Source: Lentisphaerota bacterium
GTDB taxonomy: Bacteria; Verrucomicrobiota; Kiritimatiellia; RFP12; JAAYNR01
Reading direction: 5' to 3'
Assembly (NCBI GenBank): GCA_016873675.1
Contig: VGWG01000003.1
Coordinates: forward strand, 3,626-67,625
DNA length: 64,000 bases
Shown here: positions 10,473 through 18,282 of the stretch, piece by piece
How positions within the stretch are numbered: the first letter of the stretch is position 1
How the letters are laid out: every line of letters begins with the position of its first letter
The notes under the pieces: model-generated
Database searches by the model: none
What the model saw: only the letters and a program-made list of their open reading frames with translations
Told to the model about the DNA's origin: nothing
Translations under genes and position numbers: made by a program

Positions 10473-11073
10473 CTGCGGCCTCCTTTTCGTCGTTGCCACC
10501 CCGCAACGCCAGTCCGCCAGCCACTTCGCCCACCCCAAAGACCAGGCCCATGGGGCGGGGGTCGGTAAACTGCAGCCCGGGCATCATCAGGCAGACGGCG
10601 CCCGCGACCAGATAAAAGAACCCCACCAGATACACACCCACCGGCAGATTGCGGCGGTAGGCCAGGTGTACGAGTCCATAGCAGAGCATCCAGACGCCGG
10701 GAAGCAGGTCCATGGCGTCCACCCGCCAGAGCGCAATAGAAAGGGCTCCCCCGACACCCAGCGGCGGCAGCGACTCGAGCGCTGGCACCCATTCGGCCCG
10801 CCGTTGCCAGCGACCCGCCCGGCCCATCCAGAGCAGCAGCGCGCCGTAATTCACGCCGCCTGCAAGCACCAGCACCGCCGCCCACCCCGCCAGATGAACC
10901 AGCGGCGCGTCCGGCGGCGCGAAACGCCCCAATACGGCAGCGCCGATCAGGGCGACGCATCCGCCGATCATGCGCGCGCGGGACGAAAAACCACGGAACC
11001 GCAGACGGTCCTGCACGACCCCCTGCATCTCCCGCACCTGCGCCAGCGCCTCGTGTACACCCCTGTCCGCCAT
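10453..11073 (-). CDS. Membrane protein, typical upstream partner of HTH_34 regulators
   Basis: N-terminal amphipathic helix then about 6 TM segments; overlaps regulator start. Confidence 0.75.
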   Translation of the reverse strand: MADRGVHEALAQVREMQGVVQDRLRFRGFSSRARMIGGCVALIGAAVLGRFAPPDAPLVHLAGWAAVLVLAGGVNYGALLLWMGRAGRWQRRAEWVPALESLPPLGVGGALSIALWRVDAMDLLPGVWMLCYGLVHLAYRRNLPVGVYLVGFFYLVAGAVCLMMPGLQFTDPRPMGLVFGVGEVAGGLALRGGNDEKEAADDGFPA

Positions 11074-11097
11074 GCCAATTCCCCTTTCGACGAAACC

Positions 11098-11136
11098 AGA
11101 TTAGCAAACGGCAAAGCGCTTTGCAACACAAAGTTT
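11098..11136 (-). promoter_or_regulatory. Sigma70-type promoter TTGCAA-17-TAATCT overlapped by palindromic operator copy 1
   Basis: -35 at 11121-11126 and -10 at 11098-11103; palindrome GCAAAGCGCTTTGC at 11111-11124 plus CTTTG-N5-CAAAG. Confidence 0.65.
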
Positions 11137-11310
11137 AACCGGCATAGATCAACGCAGGGGCCCCGGCGGCTTTCTCCCGCTCGCAGAAGATGCGAATCGG
11201 CTTGATGAAATCGGAATTGAATGTCATGGACGATTTGATTTCAACGGGCATCCATGAGCGCCCGTGCTGAACGATAAGATCGATTTCAAAACCCTTGTCG
11301 TCACGCAATG
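11135..11310 (-). pseudogene. Remnant of the C-terminal DUF4143 (PD-(D/E)xK-like) domain of an AAA ATP-binding protein
   Basis: RDDKGFEIDLIV...PVEIKSSMT...LIYAG with no ATPase domain and no credible start. Confidence 0.65.
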
Positions 11311-11455
11311 GGGTCTCTTCCTTTATGCGGGAACGGACAACCCATCCCCGGCGCAAATATCAAGTAGAATCTTAAAAATGCGCTTCACCCCGCTTATCAT
11401 CAAGATAGACAGTCGGTAGGCCCGTCCCTATCGTTCCGCCCGATCAGACTTCGTG

Positions 11456-12622
11456 TTAATTCCTTTGTCTGCCCGCCGCGAGGATTGCATGATCTTCTGC
11501 CAGCGAGATAAGAGGAAATAGTTCGTTGTACTGCTTCTGGATGAACATCGGGGACTTCCGTCGAAATAGCCGCTCTGCCTGTCGATCTGCGATTCGCAGC
11601 GTAATCTGTTCATGTGCACAAAGGACCGGTGACACCTGGCCCAGAAGTCCGGTTGCCTGTCGATTGAGGCACCCGCAGAAATGATTGCAGCGTTCCCGTA
11701 TGGCGCATGGGAGGCATGCTTCTTTCTCCGTCGTATTTTCCAAATACAGTCTTTGGCGGCGCACTTCATCCACACCGGTTCGTACGTCTCCGATGCACCA
11801 CTCCGAATCCCCGCCGTCGCCCACAAACTGAACACAAGGGAAGATGCGCCCTGACGGCGCGATGGAAATCTGCCTACGCCCAAGTTCGCACCGTTCGTGC
11901 CGACAACTTCCCGGAAAGATGTGTCCGGCAATCTTCACATCAAATGGACTGAAATAGAACTTCTCTTCTCTGAGGGTCTGCGTCTCATACCAATCAGCCA
12001 ATTCGCCGTATTGCCGTTCAAGTTCTTTGAGTGCGCGCCGCGACCATGGTGTGCCATAGTTCAGGGAGCAAATCAGGTACCTGAATCCGCAAGCGAAGAA
12101 AAATCGGACAGATTCAGCGTACCACGACACCGTCTCGGGGGTCGTCACTAACATGACCGGCGCGTACGGTTTATGTGCGAGCAGAAGGTCGATGACCGGG
12201 CGCAGTCTTTCAAAGGTTCCGTTGCCCGACGCATCGATTCGATGAACATCGTGTGCGGCCTGCACCCCATCATGACTAAGCGCCACGAATACACCTGCGG
12301 TCAGGGGATCGGTCAGAAACGTCTTGTCGAGCAGAGCGCCATTTGTCGTTAGTTTGAAATGGAACAACTGGCCGGTCCTTGCTTCGATATCCCGACAGTA
12401 ACATATCGTCTCTCTAACAAGATCAGGACGCAACAACGGCTCGCCACCGAAGAATATAATCCCCAAGCTTTGCCCCTGCGACTGTTGCGCGCTGAGCCGC
12501 AGTGCGAGGTCAACTGCTGCTCGGGCCGTATCGGCCGTCATGGTGCCGCCCAGATGCGGTGCCGCGTAACAATACCGACAACGGAAGTTGCATTCCGACG
12601 TCAGATGGAGTGTGACGTGCAA
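11456..12622 (-). CDS. Radical SAM/SPASM domain protein (anSME-like, no N-terminal RRE)
   Basis: CNFRCRYC, FFGGEPLL, TTNG, SHDG; SPASM CELG...GRIFPC...CLPC...RCNHFCGC...LC; TTG start 1 nt after upstream stop. Confidence 0.92.
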   Translation of the reverse strand: MHVTLHLTSECNFRCRYCYAAPHLGGTMTADTARAAVDLALRLSAQQSQGQSLGIIFFGGEPLLRPDLVRETICYCRDIEARTGQLFHFKLTTNGALLDKTFLTDPLTAGVFVALSHDGVQAAHDVHRIDASGNGTFERLRPVIDLLLAHKPYAPVMLVTTPETVSWYAESVRFFFACGFRYLICSLNYGTPWSRRALKELERQYGELADWYETQTLREEKFYFSPFDVKIAGHIFPGSCRHERCELGRRQISIAPSGRIFPCVQFVGDGGDSEWCIGDVRTGVDEVRRQRLYLENTTEKEACLPCAIRERCNHFCGCLNRQATGLLGQVSPVLCAHEQITLRIADRQAERLFRRKSPMFIQKQYNELFPLISLAEDHAILAAGRQRN

Positions 12623-12623
12623 A

Positions 12624-13460
12624 TCAGATGACTCCCTGTCCTTTCAGCCATTTCACAAAATCCTGCACTTGTTCGCGCAGCTCCTTTTCGCCAATGTCCT
12701 TAGCGGCTTTCTGTCTTGCTTCCCAGAAAGAGCGCCGTTCAGTATCGGTTGCCTCTTTCTTTGGATAATCCATATTAGGAGCAGAGGCGGCCGGGTCATA
12801 GAACACGGCCACAATGGTCTTTCCTTTTGTGTGAGTTAATCCATTGGTTAGGACTTGCGCTGTGGTTTTGAAATCGAAACTCGACACCGAGCACATGCGC
12901 GTGTGATCCTTCCTTTCCCAGTCGGCGAAATCCTTCCGGGTTACGACCTGGTAAGCGACGTCGTGCTGTTTGTCGTACCCGTCCAACACAAGGTCACGCT
13001 TTTGCGCGTTCGGCTTCTGTTTTCTCTCTTTCGTATTTTCGTCCCTCTCATCCAAGAACCCGAATTGATCGGTTACCGGAACCATCATATCCTTCAGCGT
13101 GAGCGCGTCTGCGGAAAAATCAATCCCCGCCTTTCTGGCCTCATCCTGGACCACTTGCCGTGCTTCGTCTTCAGAGAGGAATACGGGGGGATTCACGGCG
13201 ACACATCCGAAGCCACCCCGGCCTTCTCCGTGGATGAAAAGTGGCGCGACGCGAGGTGCGTCGACTGCCGCGTTCTTAGAGTCGCCAGCAACGGCCGGTT
13301 TCGATATAATCAGAGGGATGACCATGCTCAACACTCCCAGTACGAGGCGGTGCTGCCGCCAGCGTTCTGGAATCCATTGCAGTAGTTCCGGATGCTCCAT
13401 CAGGTATTGACGTGTCGGATAACATGGAGTTGTATATCGTCGGACTATTCGCATTTTCAT
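12624..13460 (-). CDS. Exported hypothetical protein with extended leader; candidate substrate of the adjacent radical SAM enzyme
   Basis: SD GAAAGG plus ATG 13460; about 37-aa polar leader (PCYPT), hydrophobic segment, AVA cleavage site, then HGEGRGGFGCVAVNPPVFLSE. Confidence 0.75.
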   Translation of the reverse strand: MKMRIVRRYTTPCYPTRQYLMEHPELLQWIPERWRQHRLVLGVLSMVIPLIISKPAVAGDSKNAAVDAPRVAPLFIHGEGRGGFGCVAVNPPVFLSEDEARQVVQDEARKAGIDFSADALTLKDMMVPVTDQFGFLDERDENTKERKQKPNAQKRDLVLDGYDKQHDVAYQVVTRKDFADWERKDHTRMCSVSSFDFKTTAQVLTNGLTHTKGKTIVAVFYDPAASAPNMDYPKKEATDTERRSFWEARQKAAKDIGEKELREQVQDFVKWLKGQGVI

Positions 13461-13747
13461 TGTTTTCCTTTCATAGGGCAACTCCTTAAGACGGTTGAGG
13501 GTCTTGCCTCCCGCGCAAAGCTGCGCCGACACAGGCACACATCATTTTCCAACATACGCCCTTTATTGTCTGCGCAGCGACATGCCGCACCCAAAACGAA
13601 TACTGCAAGTATGGCACGTTCCAGCGAACTTGTATAGCCCTCAAAAAATCCGATTCGGCGGTGCACTTGGTTTTACGCATTACACTGGAATCCTAGAAGG
13701 TTTTACGCTATCATCATCTGCGTCTTCGCGTTGCGCCTGTACTGAAT

Positions 13748-15205
13748 GTGCGCCCATTTGCCATGAACCATACCGTCATCGCCTGGCTCATTCCCGGCAC
13801 GGCCGCGCTGCTCGGCGCGGCCGTTCTGGCGGGCTGGCTTGCGTTTGATCCGGCGACCGATCTGGTCGTGCATGTTCCCGGCATGGATGGCGAACCCGTT
13901 CAGGCTGGCCCGACGGCGTCCGGGGCCACGGTTCGCATCGGCGATCACTTCCGGGCTGGCGATGGCACCGCCGCCGATCTCCCCGGTTCGTGGCCGGGAT
14001 TCCGCGGGGCCCGCACTGACAACCGGTGCGCCGATCCGGTGGCGCTGGCCGACCGCTGGGAGACCAACCAGCCGCCGATCCTGTGGCAGGTACAACTGGG
14101 CGAGGGCCACGCTGGCGCGGCCATCCATCGCGGCCGCGTCTATGTGCTGGATTATGACGAGACCGCGCGGCGTGATCTCTTGCGCTGCCTCTCTCTCGCG
14201 GACGGACGTGAACTCTGGCAGCGGGGGTATCCGGTGGAGGTTCCGCGCAACCACGGCTTTTCGCGTACCGTCCCGGCCGTAACCGACCGCCACGTCGTGA
14301 CGCTCGGCCCCCGCTGCCATGTCATGTGCGTGGATGCCGTCACCGGCGACCTGCGGTGGGGGCTGGACCTGGTCGCGACGTTCGGCTCCAAAGTCCCCAT
14401 GTGGCATGCCGGCCAATGTCCGCTGATTGTTGACGACACGGCCATCCTCGCGCCAGCCGGTCCCGAGACGCTGATGATGGGCGTGGATTGCGCGACGGGG
14501 CAGATCCGCTGGAAAACCCCCAACCCGGACGGTCTGGAGATGTCGCACGCCTCGATCATGCCTGCGGTAATCGGCGGCGAGCGCATGGTTGTCTATGCCG
14601 CGCTGGGCGGGATGGTCGGGGTCAGCGTCGAAGCTGGGCGGGAGGGCACGCTGCTGTGGTTTACACGGGACTGGGACCGCTCGGTAATCGCCCCCTCCCC
14701 GGTCATCCTGGAAGACGGCCGAATCTTCGTCACGGCGGGCTACGGCGGCGGCGGCATGATGCTCCAGGTGACGCGCGAGGGCGAGACGTTCCGCGTCGCC
14801 ACGCTGCAGACCTTCAAGGCCAACCAGGGATTCGCCTCGGAGCAGCAAACCCCCGTTCAGATTGACGGACACCTGTTCGGGGTGCTGCCCAACGATGCGG
14901 GGCCGCTGCGCAATCAGCTCGTCTGCGTCAGCCCCGATGACGCGCGAACCTTCGTCTGGACGAGCGGACGCGATCGCCGGTTCGGCCTCGGCCCCTACCT
15001 CGCCGCCGATGGCAAGCTCTACGTGCTCGCCGATGACGGAATGCTCACCATGCTGCGCGCGACGGCCGAGGGCTACCACGAGCTGGGGCGGAAACACATT
15101 CTGACCGGTCACGACGCCTGGGGCCCCCTGGCGCTGGCCGGCGGGTTGCTGGTCTTGCGCGATTCCACCCGCATGGTGTGCGTGGATTTGCGCGGAGGGC
15201 ACTAA
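13748..15205 (+). CDS. Membrane-anchored PQQ-binding-like beta-propeller protein
   Basis: N-terminal TM; WPGFRG; repeated (L/V)D/S-x-x-T/D-G-x-x-x-W docking motifs. Confidence 0.85.
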   Translation: MRPFAMNHTVIAWLIPGTAALLGAAVLAGWLAFDPATDLVVHVPGMDGEPVQAGPTASGATVRIGDHFRAGDGTAADLPGSWPGFRGARTDNRCADPVALADRWETNQPPILWQVQLGEGHAGAAIHRGRVYVLDYDETARRDLLRCLSLADGRELWQRGYPVEVPRNHGFSRTVPAVTDRHVVTLGPRCHVMCVDAVTGDLRWGLDLVATFGSKVPMWHAGQCPLIVDDTAILAPAGPETLMMGVDCATGQIRWKTPNPDGLEMSHASIMPAVIGGERMVVYAALGGMVGVSVEAGREGTLLWFTRDWDRSVIAPSPVILEDGRIFVTAGYGGGGMMLQVTREGETFRVATLQTFKANQGFASEQQTPVQIDGHLFGVLPNDAGPLRNQLVCVSPDDARTFVWTSGRDRRFGLGPYLAADGKLYVLADDGMLTMLRATAEGYHELGRKHILTGHDAWGPLALAGGLLVLRDSTRMVCVDLRGGH

Positions 15206-16191
15206 TGCACAAGGGAACGACGCTTCTTTTTCTGGCTGGCGTACTGGCGTGTGCGGGCATCGTGGCCAAGCGGGGCTGCGCGACAGTCCCGCGGGCTGGT
15301 GACCGGATGATCGAAGCCAAAATATCCGCCTACGACGCACAGATTGCCTCCTTGGCCGTGATCGACCCAGCCCTGATCCTCTACCGTGAGGCCCGTCCGC
15401 TGGTGCCTCCCGGACTCACGGTTCTGCGCGCGATCGCGGTGGGTCCCGACGACCGGATCTATGCCGGCGGCGGGAGCAATCTGGTCGTCCTGTCAGCACA
15501 GGGAGAAACCATCCGGAGCCAAACGTTCGACGGCGACATCTCCTGTCTGGCCGTGGACGCGAAGGGCCGAATGTATGTCGGACTCGGCACTGCCGTTCGC
15601 GCCTTTGACGCGGAGGGCCGCCCGACCGCAACCTTCGCCGGTATCGGATCGGATGCGATCATCACGTCCCTGGCGGCCGCCGACGACGATGTGTTTGTGG
15701 CAGATGCCCGGAGCCTGACCGTGCTGCGCTACGCGCCCGACGGCGTTCTCAAGAACACGATCACCGGTCGGCACGGTCACCCGGAGGAGCGCGGTTTCAT
15801 TGTGCCGAGCCCCAGCTTCGACCTCATGCTCGGTCAGGGGGAAACCCTGTGGATCGTCAATCCCGGCCGACACCGGCTGGAGGACTACGCCTTTACCGGC
15901 GAGCGAATCGCCGTCTGGCCGGAGCGCCCCGGGATGGGAATTGAGAATTTCTCCGGCTGCTGCAACCCGGCCCATGTCGCCCGCCTCGCCGACGGCTCGG
16001 TCGTGACCAGCGAGAAGGGGCTCTCCCGTGTGAAGGTGTACGCGAAGCGCGGCGGCTTCACGGGCGTGGTCGCCGCCCCGGACCACTTCGACAGCGCCGC
16101 CGCAGGCTTGGACCTGACCGTGGATTCCAACGACCGGATTTTGGTGTGTGACACCGACCGCCTGCAGATCCGCGTGTTTGAGCTGAAATAA
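15205..16191 (+). CDS. NHL/6-bladed beta-propeller protein with GCCNP motif
   Basis: N-terminal hydrophobic segment; IAVGPDDRIY, LAVDAKGRMY and LTVDSNDRILVCD repeats; TAATG overlap. Confidence 0.8.
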   Translation: MHKGTTLLFLAGVLACAGIVAKRGCATVPRAGDRMIEAKISAYDAQIASLAVIDPALILYREARPLVPPGLTVLRAIAVGPDDRIYAGGGSNLVVLSAQGETIRSQTFDGDISCLAVDAKGRMYVGLGTAVRAFDAEGRPTATFAGIGSDAIITSLAAADDDVFVADARSLTVLRYAPDGVLKNTITGRHGHPEERGFIVPSPSFDLMLGQGETLWIVNPGRHRLEDYAFTGERIAVWPERPGMGIENFSGCCNPAHVARLADGSVVTSEKGLSRVKVYAKRGGFTGVVAAPDHFDSAAAGLDLTVDSNDRILVCDTDRLQIRVFELK

Positions 16192-16203
16192 GGGGGGAAC
16201 GCC

Positions 16204-16437
16204 ATGACCACCATCAACGAGACCCGAAGTCGCCGCGAATTCATCCGATTCTGCGGCCGTTTGGCTGTGCTGGGCGGCGCCGCGTACTACGCCTCGCGGC
16301 TGTTCCTCCGCGGCCAAGTTTCTTTGCCCGGACAATCCTGCGAGAACCAGGGGATCTGCTCATCCTGTCGCGCCTACTCCCGCTGCGGCCTGCCGCAGGC
16401 GTTGTCCCGGCGCCGGGCACAGGGGGGCCGCTCATGA
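16204..16437 (+). CDS. Small Tat-signal-like protein with four-Cys motif
   Basis: SRREFIR plus hydrophobic helix; C-x5-C-x2-C-x5-C; SD present; ATGA overlap with next gene. Confidence 0.7.
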   Translation: MTTINETRSRREFIRFCGRLAVLGGAAYYASRLFLRGQVSLPGQSCENQGICSSCRAYSRCGLPQALSRRRAQGGRS

Positions 16438-17024
16438 CAACACCCCAAAAAACCGACGCGCTGGCGGCTGGCGTCACCCGCAGACAGTTCATTAAGAACG
16501 GGCTGTGGGGACTGGCCGTGGCCGCCGTCGGCGCCGCCACCGGCCTGTCTGCATCGCGCAGCAGCCGATCATCGCGCGTCTGGCAGATCGATCCCACCCT
16601 GTGCGTGCAGTGCGGCCGATGCGAGACCGCGTGCGTGCTGACGCCGTCAGCCGTCAAGGCGGTTCATGCCTACGCCCTCTGCGGCTATTGCAAGCTGTGC
16701 GGCGGCTACCATCAGCCGCAGGCGCAACGGATTGACACGGCCGCCGAGAACCAGCTCTGCCCGGCGGGCGCGCTTATACGCACGTTCGTCGAGGATCCGT
16801 TCTACGAATACACGATCAACGAGGAGCGCTGCATCGGCTGCGCGGTCTGCGTGAAAGGCTGCAGCCAGTTTGGCAACGGCTCACTCTTCCTGCAAGTGCG
16901 GCACGACCGCTGCGTGAACTGCAACGACTGCGCCATCGCGCGCGCCTGCCCCGCAGGCGCGTTCCGGCGCGTGCCAGCCGACCAACCCTATCTTGTGAAG
17001 GGAGCGCCGGATGCGCACGTTTAA
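16434..17024 (+). CDS. Tat-exported 4x[4Fe-4S] ferredoxin (NrfC/DmsB-like)
   Basis: TRRQFIK signal; four CxxCxxC motifs, 16 Cys. Confidence 0.85.
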   Translation: MTTPQKTDALAAGVTRRQFIKNGLWGLAVAAVGAATGLSASRSSRSSRVWQIDPTLCVQCGRCETACVLTPSAVKAVHAYALCGYCKLCGGYHQPQAQRIDTAAENQLCPAGALIRTFVEDPFYEYTINEERCIGCAVCVKGCSQFGNGSLFLQVRHDRCVNCNDCAIARACPAGAFRRVPADQPYLVKGAPDAHV

Positions 17025-18282
17025 AGCTCTGTGGATGGGCGTGGGCGTCTGGGTGACAGCGCTGACGCTCCGGGCGGCGGATCGTTTTCCGCGGCCAGAT
17101 TTCAAAACGGACTATGTGTCGCCCGACCTCCTCCTGCCCGGCGCCAGAGGGCCGCTACTGGAGTGGCTGGACGTCGCGGTTCTGGCTGCGGCTCTGGCGC
17201 TGGCGGGCTGGCTCGCCATCCGGAATCGGTCGCGGCGGGGGTTGGTGCTGCTCACCCTCTTCAGCCTGGGTTATTTCGGCTTCTGGCGACGCGGCTGTGT
17301 CTGCGCCGTCGGCGCCGTGCAAAATCTGGCGCTGGGGTGGGCCGATGCCAGTTGCGCGATTCCGCTGACGGTCATCGCGTTTTTTGTTCTGCCGTTGCTG
17401 GCGACGCTGCTCGTCGGCCGCGTGTTCTGCGCGTCGGTCTGTCCTCTGGGCGCGATCCAGGAACTGGCGTTGTGGCGGCCGATCAAGACGCCCATCTGGC
17501 TGAATCACACGCTTGGCCTTCTGCCCTGGGGGTATCTGAGCGTCGCCGTGCTGTTTGCCGCGACGGGCGCGGGTTTCCTGATTTGCGAATGGGATCCCTT
17601 TGTGGGCTTCTTCCGGCTGGGCGCGCCGTTCCATCTGGCGGTCACGGGCGCGCTGTTTCTTCTGGCGAGCCTGTTCATCGGCCGCCCCTACTGCCGGTTT
17701 GCGTGTCCGTACGGCGCGATCCTTGGGCTACTGTCCCGCGTCTCGCGGCGGCACACGACGATCACCCCGGACGCCTGCGTGCAATGCCGCCTCTGCGAGG
17801 ACGCGTGTCCCTACGGCGCCATCCGCAGTCCGCTGCCCGCCGCCGCGCCCGAGTCGCGCGCGACGGGCGTTCGGCGGCTGGCGCTGATTCTGGCGGCCGT
17901 ACCGCTCATCGCCGTCGCCGCCGCGGCAACGGGATATTTTTTCGGCAATCTGCTGTCGCGGGCGCATCCCCGCGTGGCGCTGGCGCTGGAGATTCATCGG
18001 GATGCGGCGCAGCCCATGAGCCTGGAGCGGGAGGCCTTCTTCACATCGGGCCGTGCGACCGTGGCGCTCGACGCCGAGGCGCGCGCGATTCAGAGGCGAT
18101 TTGCTGTGGGTGGCGTCTTTCTCGGCGCGCTGCTGGCGCTCACGGTTGGGGCTCAACTGATCGGACTGGCGCTCTGGCGGTCGCGAACCGACTACGAGCC
18201 GGACCGGGCGCGCTGCTTCAGTTGCGGCCGTTGCTTCGCGTATTGCCCGGTCGGTAGAAAGCGAAAGGAGTCGCCGAAATGA
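17011..18282 (+). CDS. Membrane polyferredoxin (NapH/MauN-like 4Fe-4S binding protein)
   Basis: GRVFCASVCPLG, RPYCRFACPYG, CVQCRLCEDACP and CFSCGRCFAYCP; multiple TMs. Confidence 0.88.
   Translation: MRTFKALWMGVGVWVTALTLRAADRFPRPDFKTDYVSPDLLLPGARGPLLEWLDVAVLAAALALAGWLAIRNRSRRGLVLLTLFSLGYFGFWRRGCVCAVGAVQNLALGWADASCAIPLTVIAFFVLPLLATLLVGRVFCASVCPLGAIQELALWRPIKTPIWLNHTLGLLPWGYLSVAVLFAATGAGFLICEWDPFVGFFRLGAPFHLAVTGALFLLASLFIGRPYCRFACPYGAILGLLSRVSRRHTTITPDACVQCRLCEDACPYGAIRSPLPAAAPESRATGVRRLALILAAVPLIAVAAAATGYFFGNLLSRAHPRVALALEIHRDAAQPMSLEREAFFTSGRATVALDAEARAIQRRFAVGGVFLGALLALTVGAQLIGLALWRSRTDYEPDRARCFSCGRCFAYCPVGRKRKESPK

Noticed and set aside
13703-15340. Long antisense and alternate-frame ORFs (this 545-aa one, also 46736-48571, 50526-52115, 57534-59135 and others)
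   Set aside because: Shadow ORFs of GC-rich genes; no motifs, and they fully overlap well-supported CDSs
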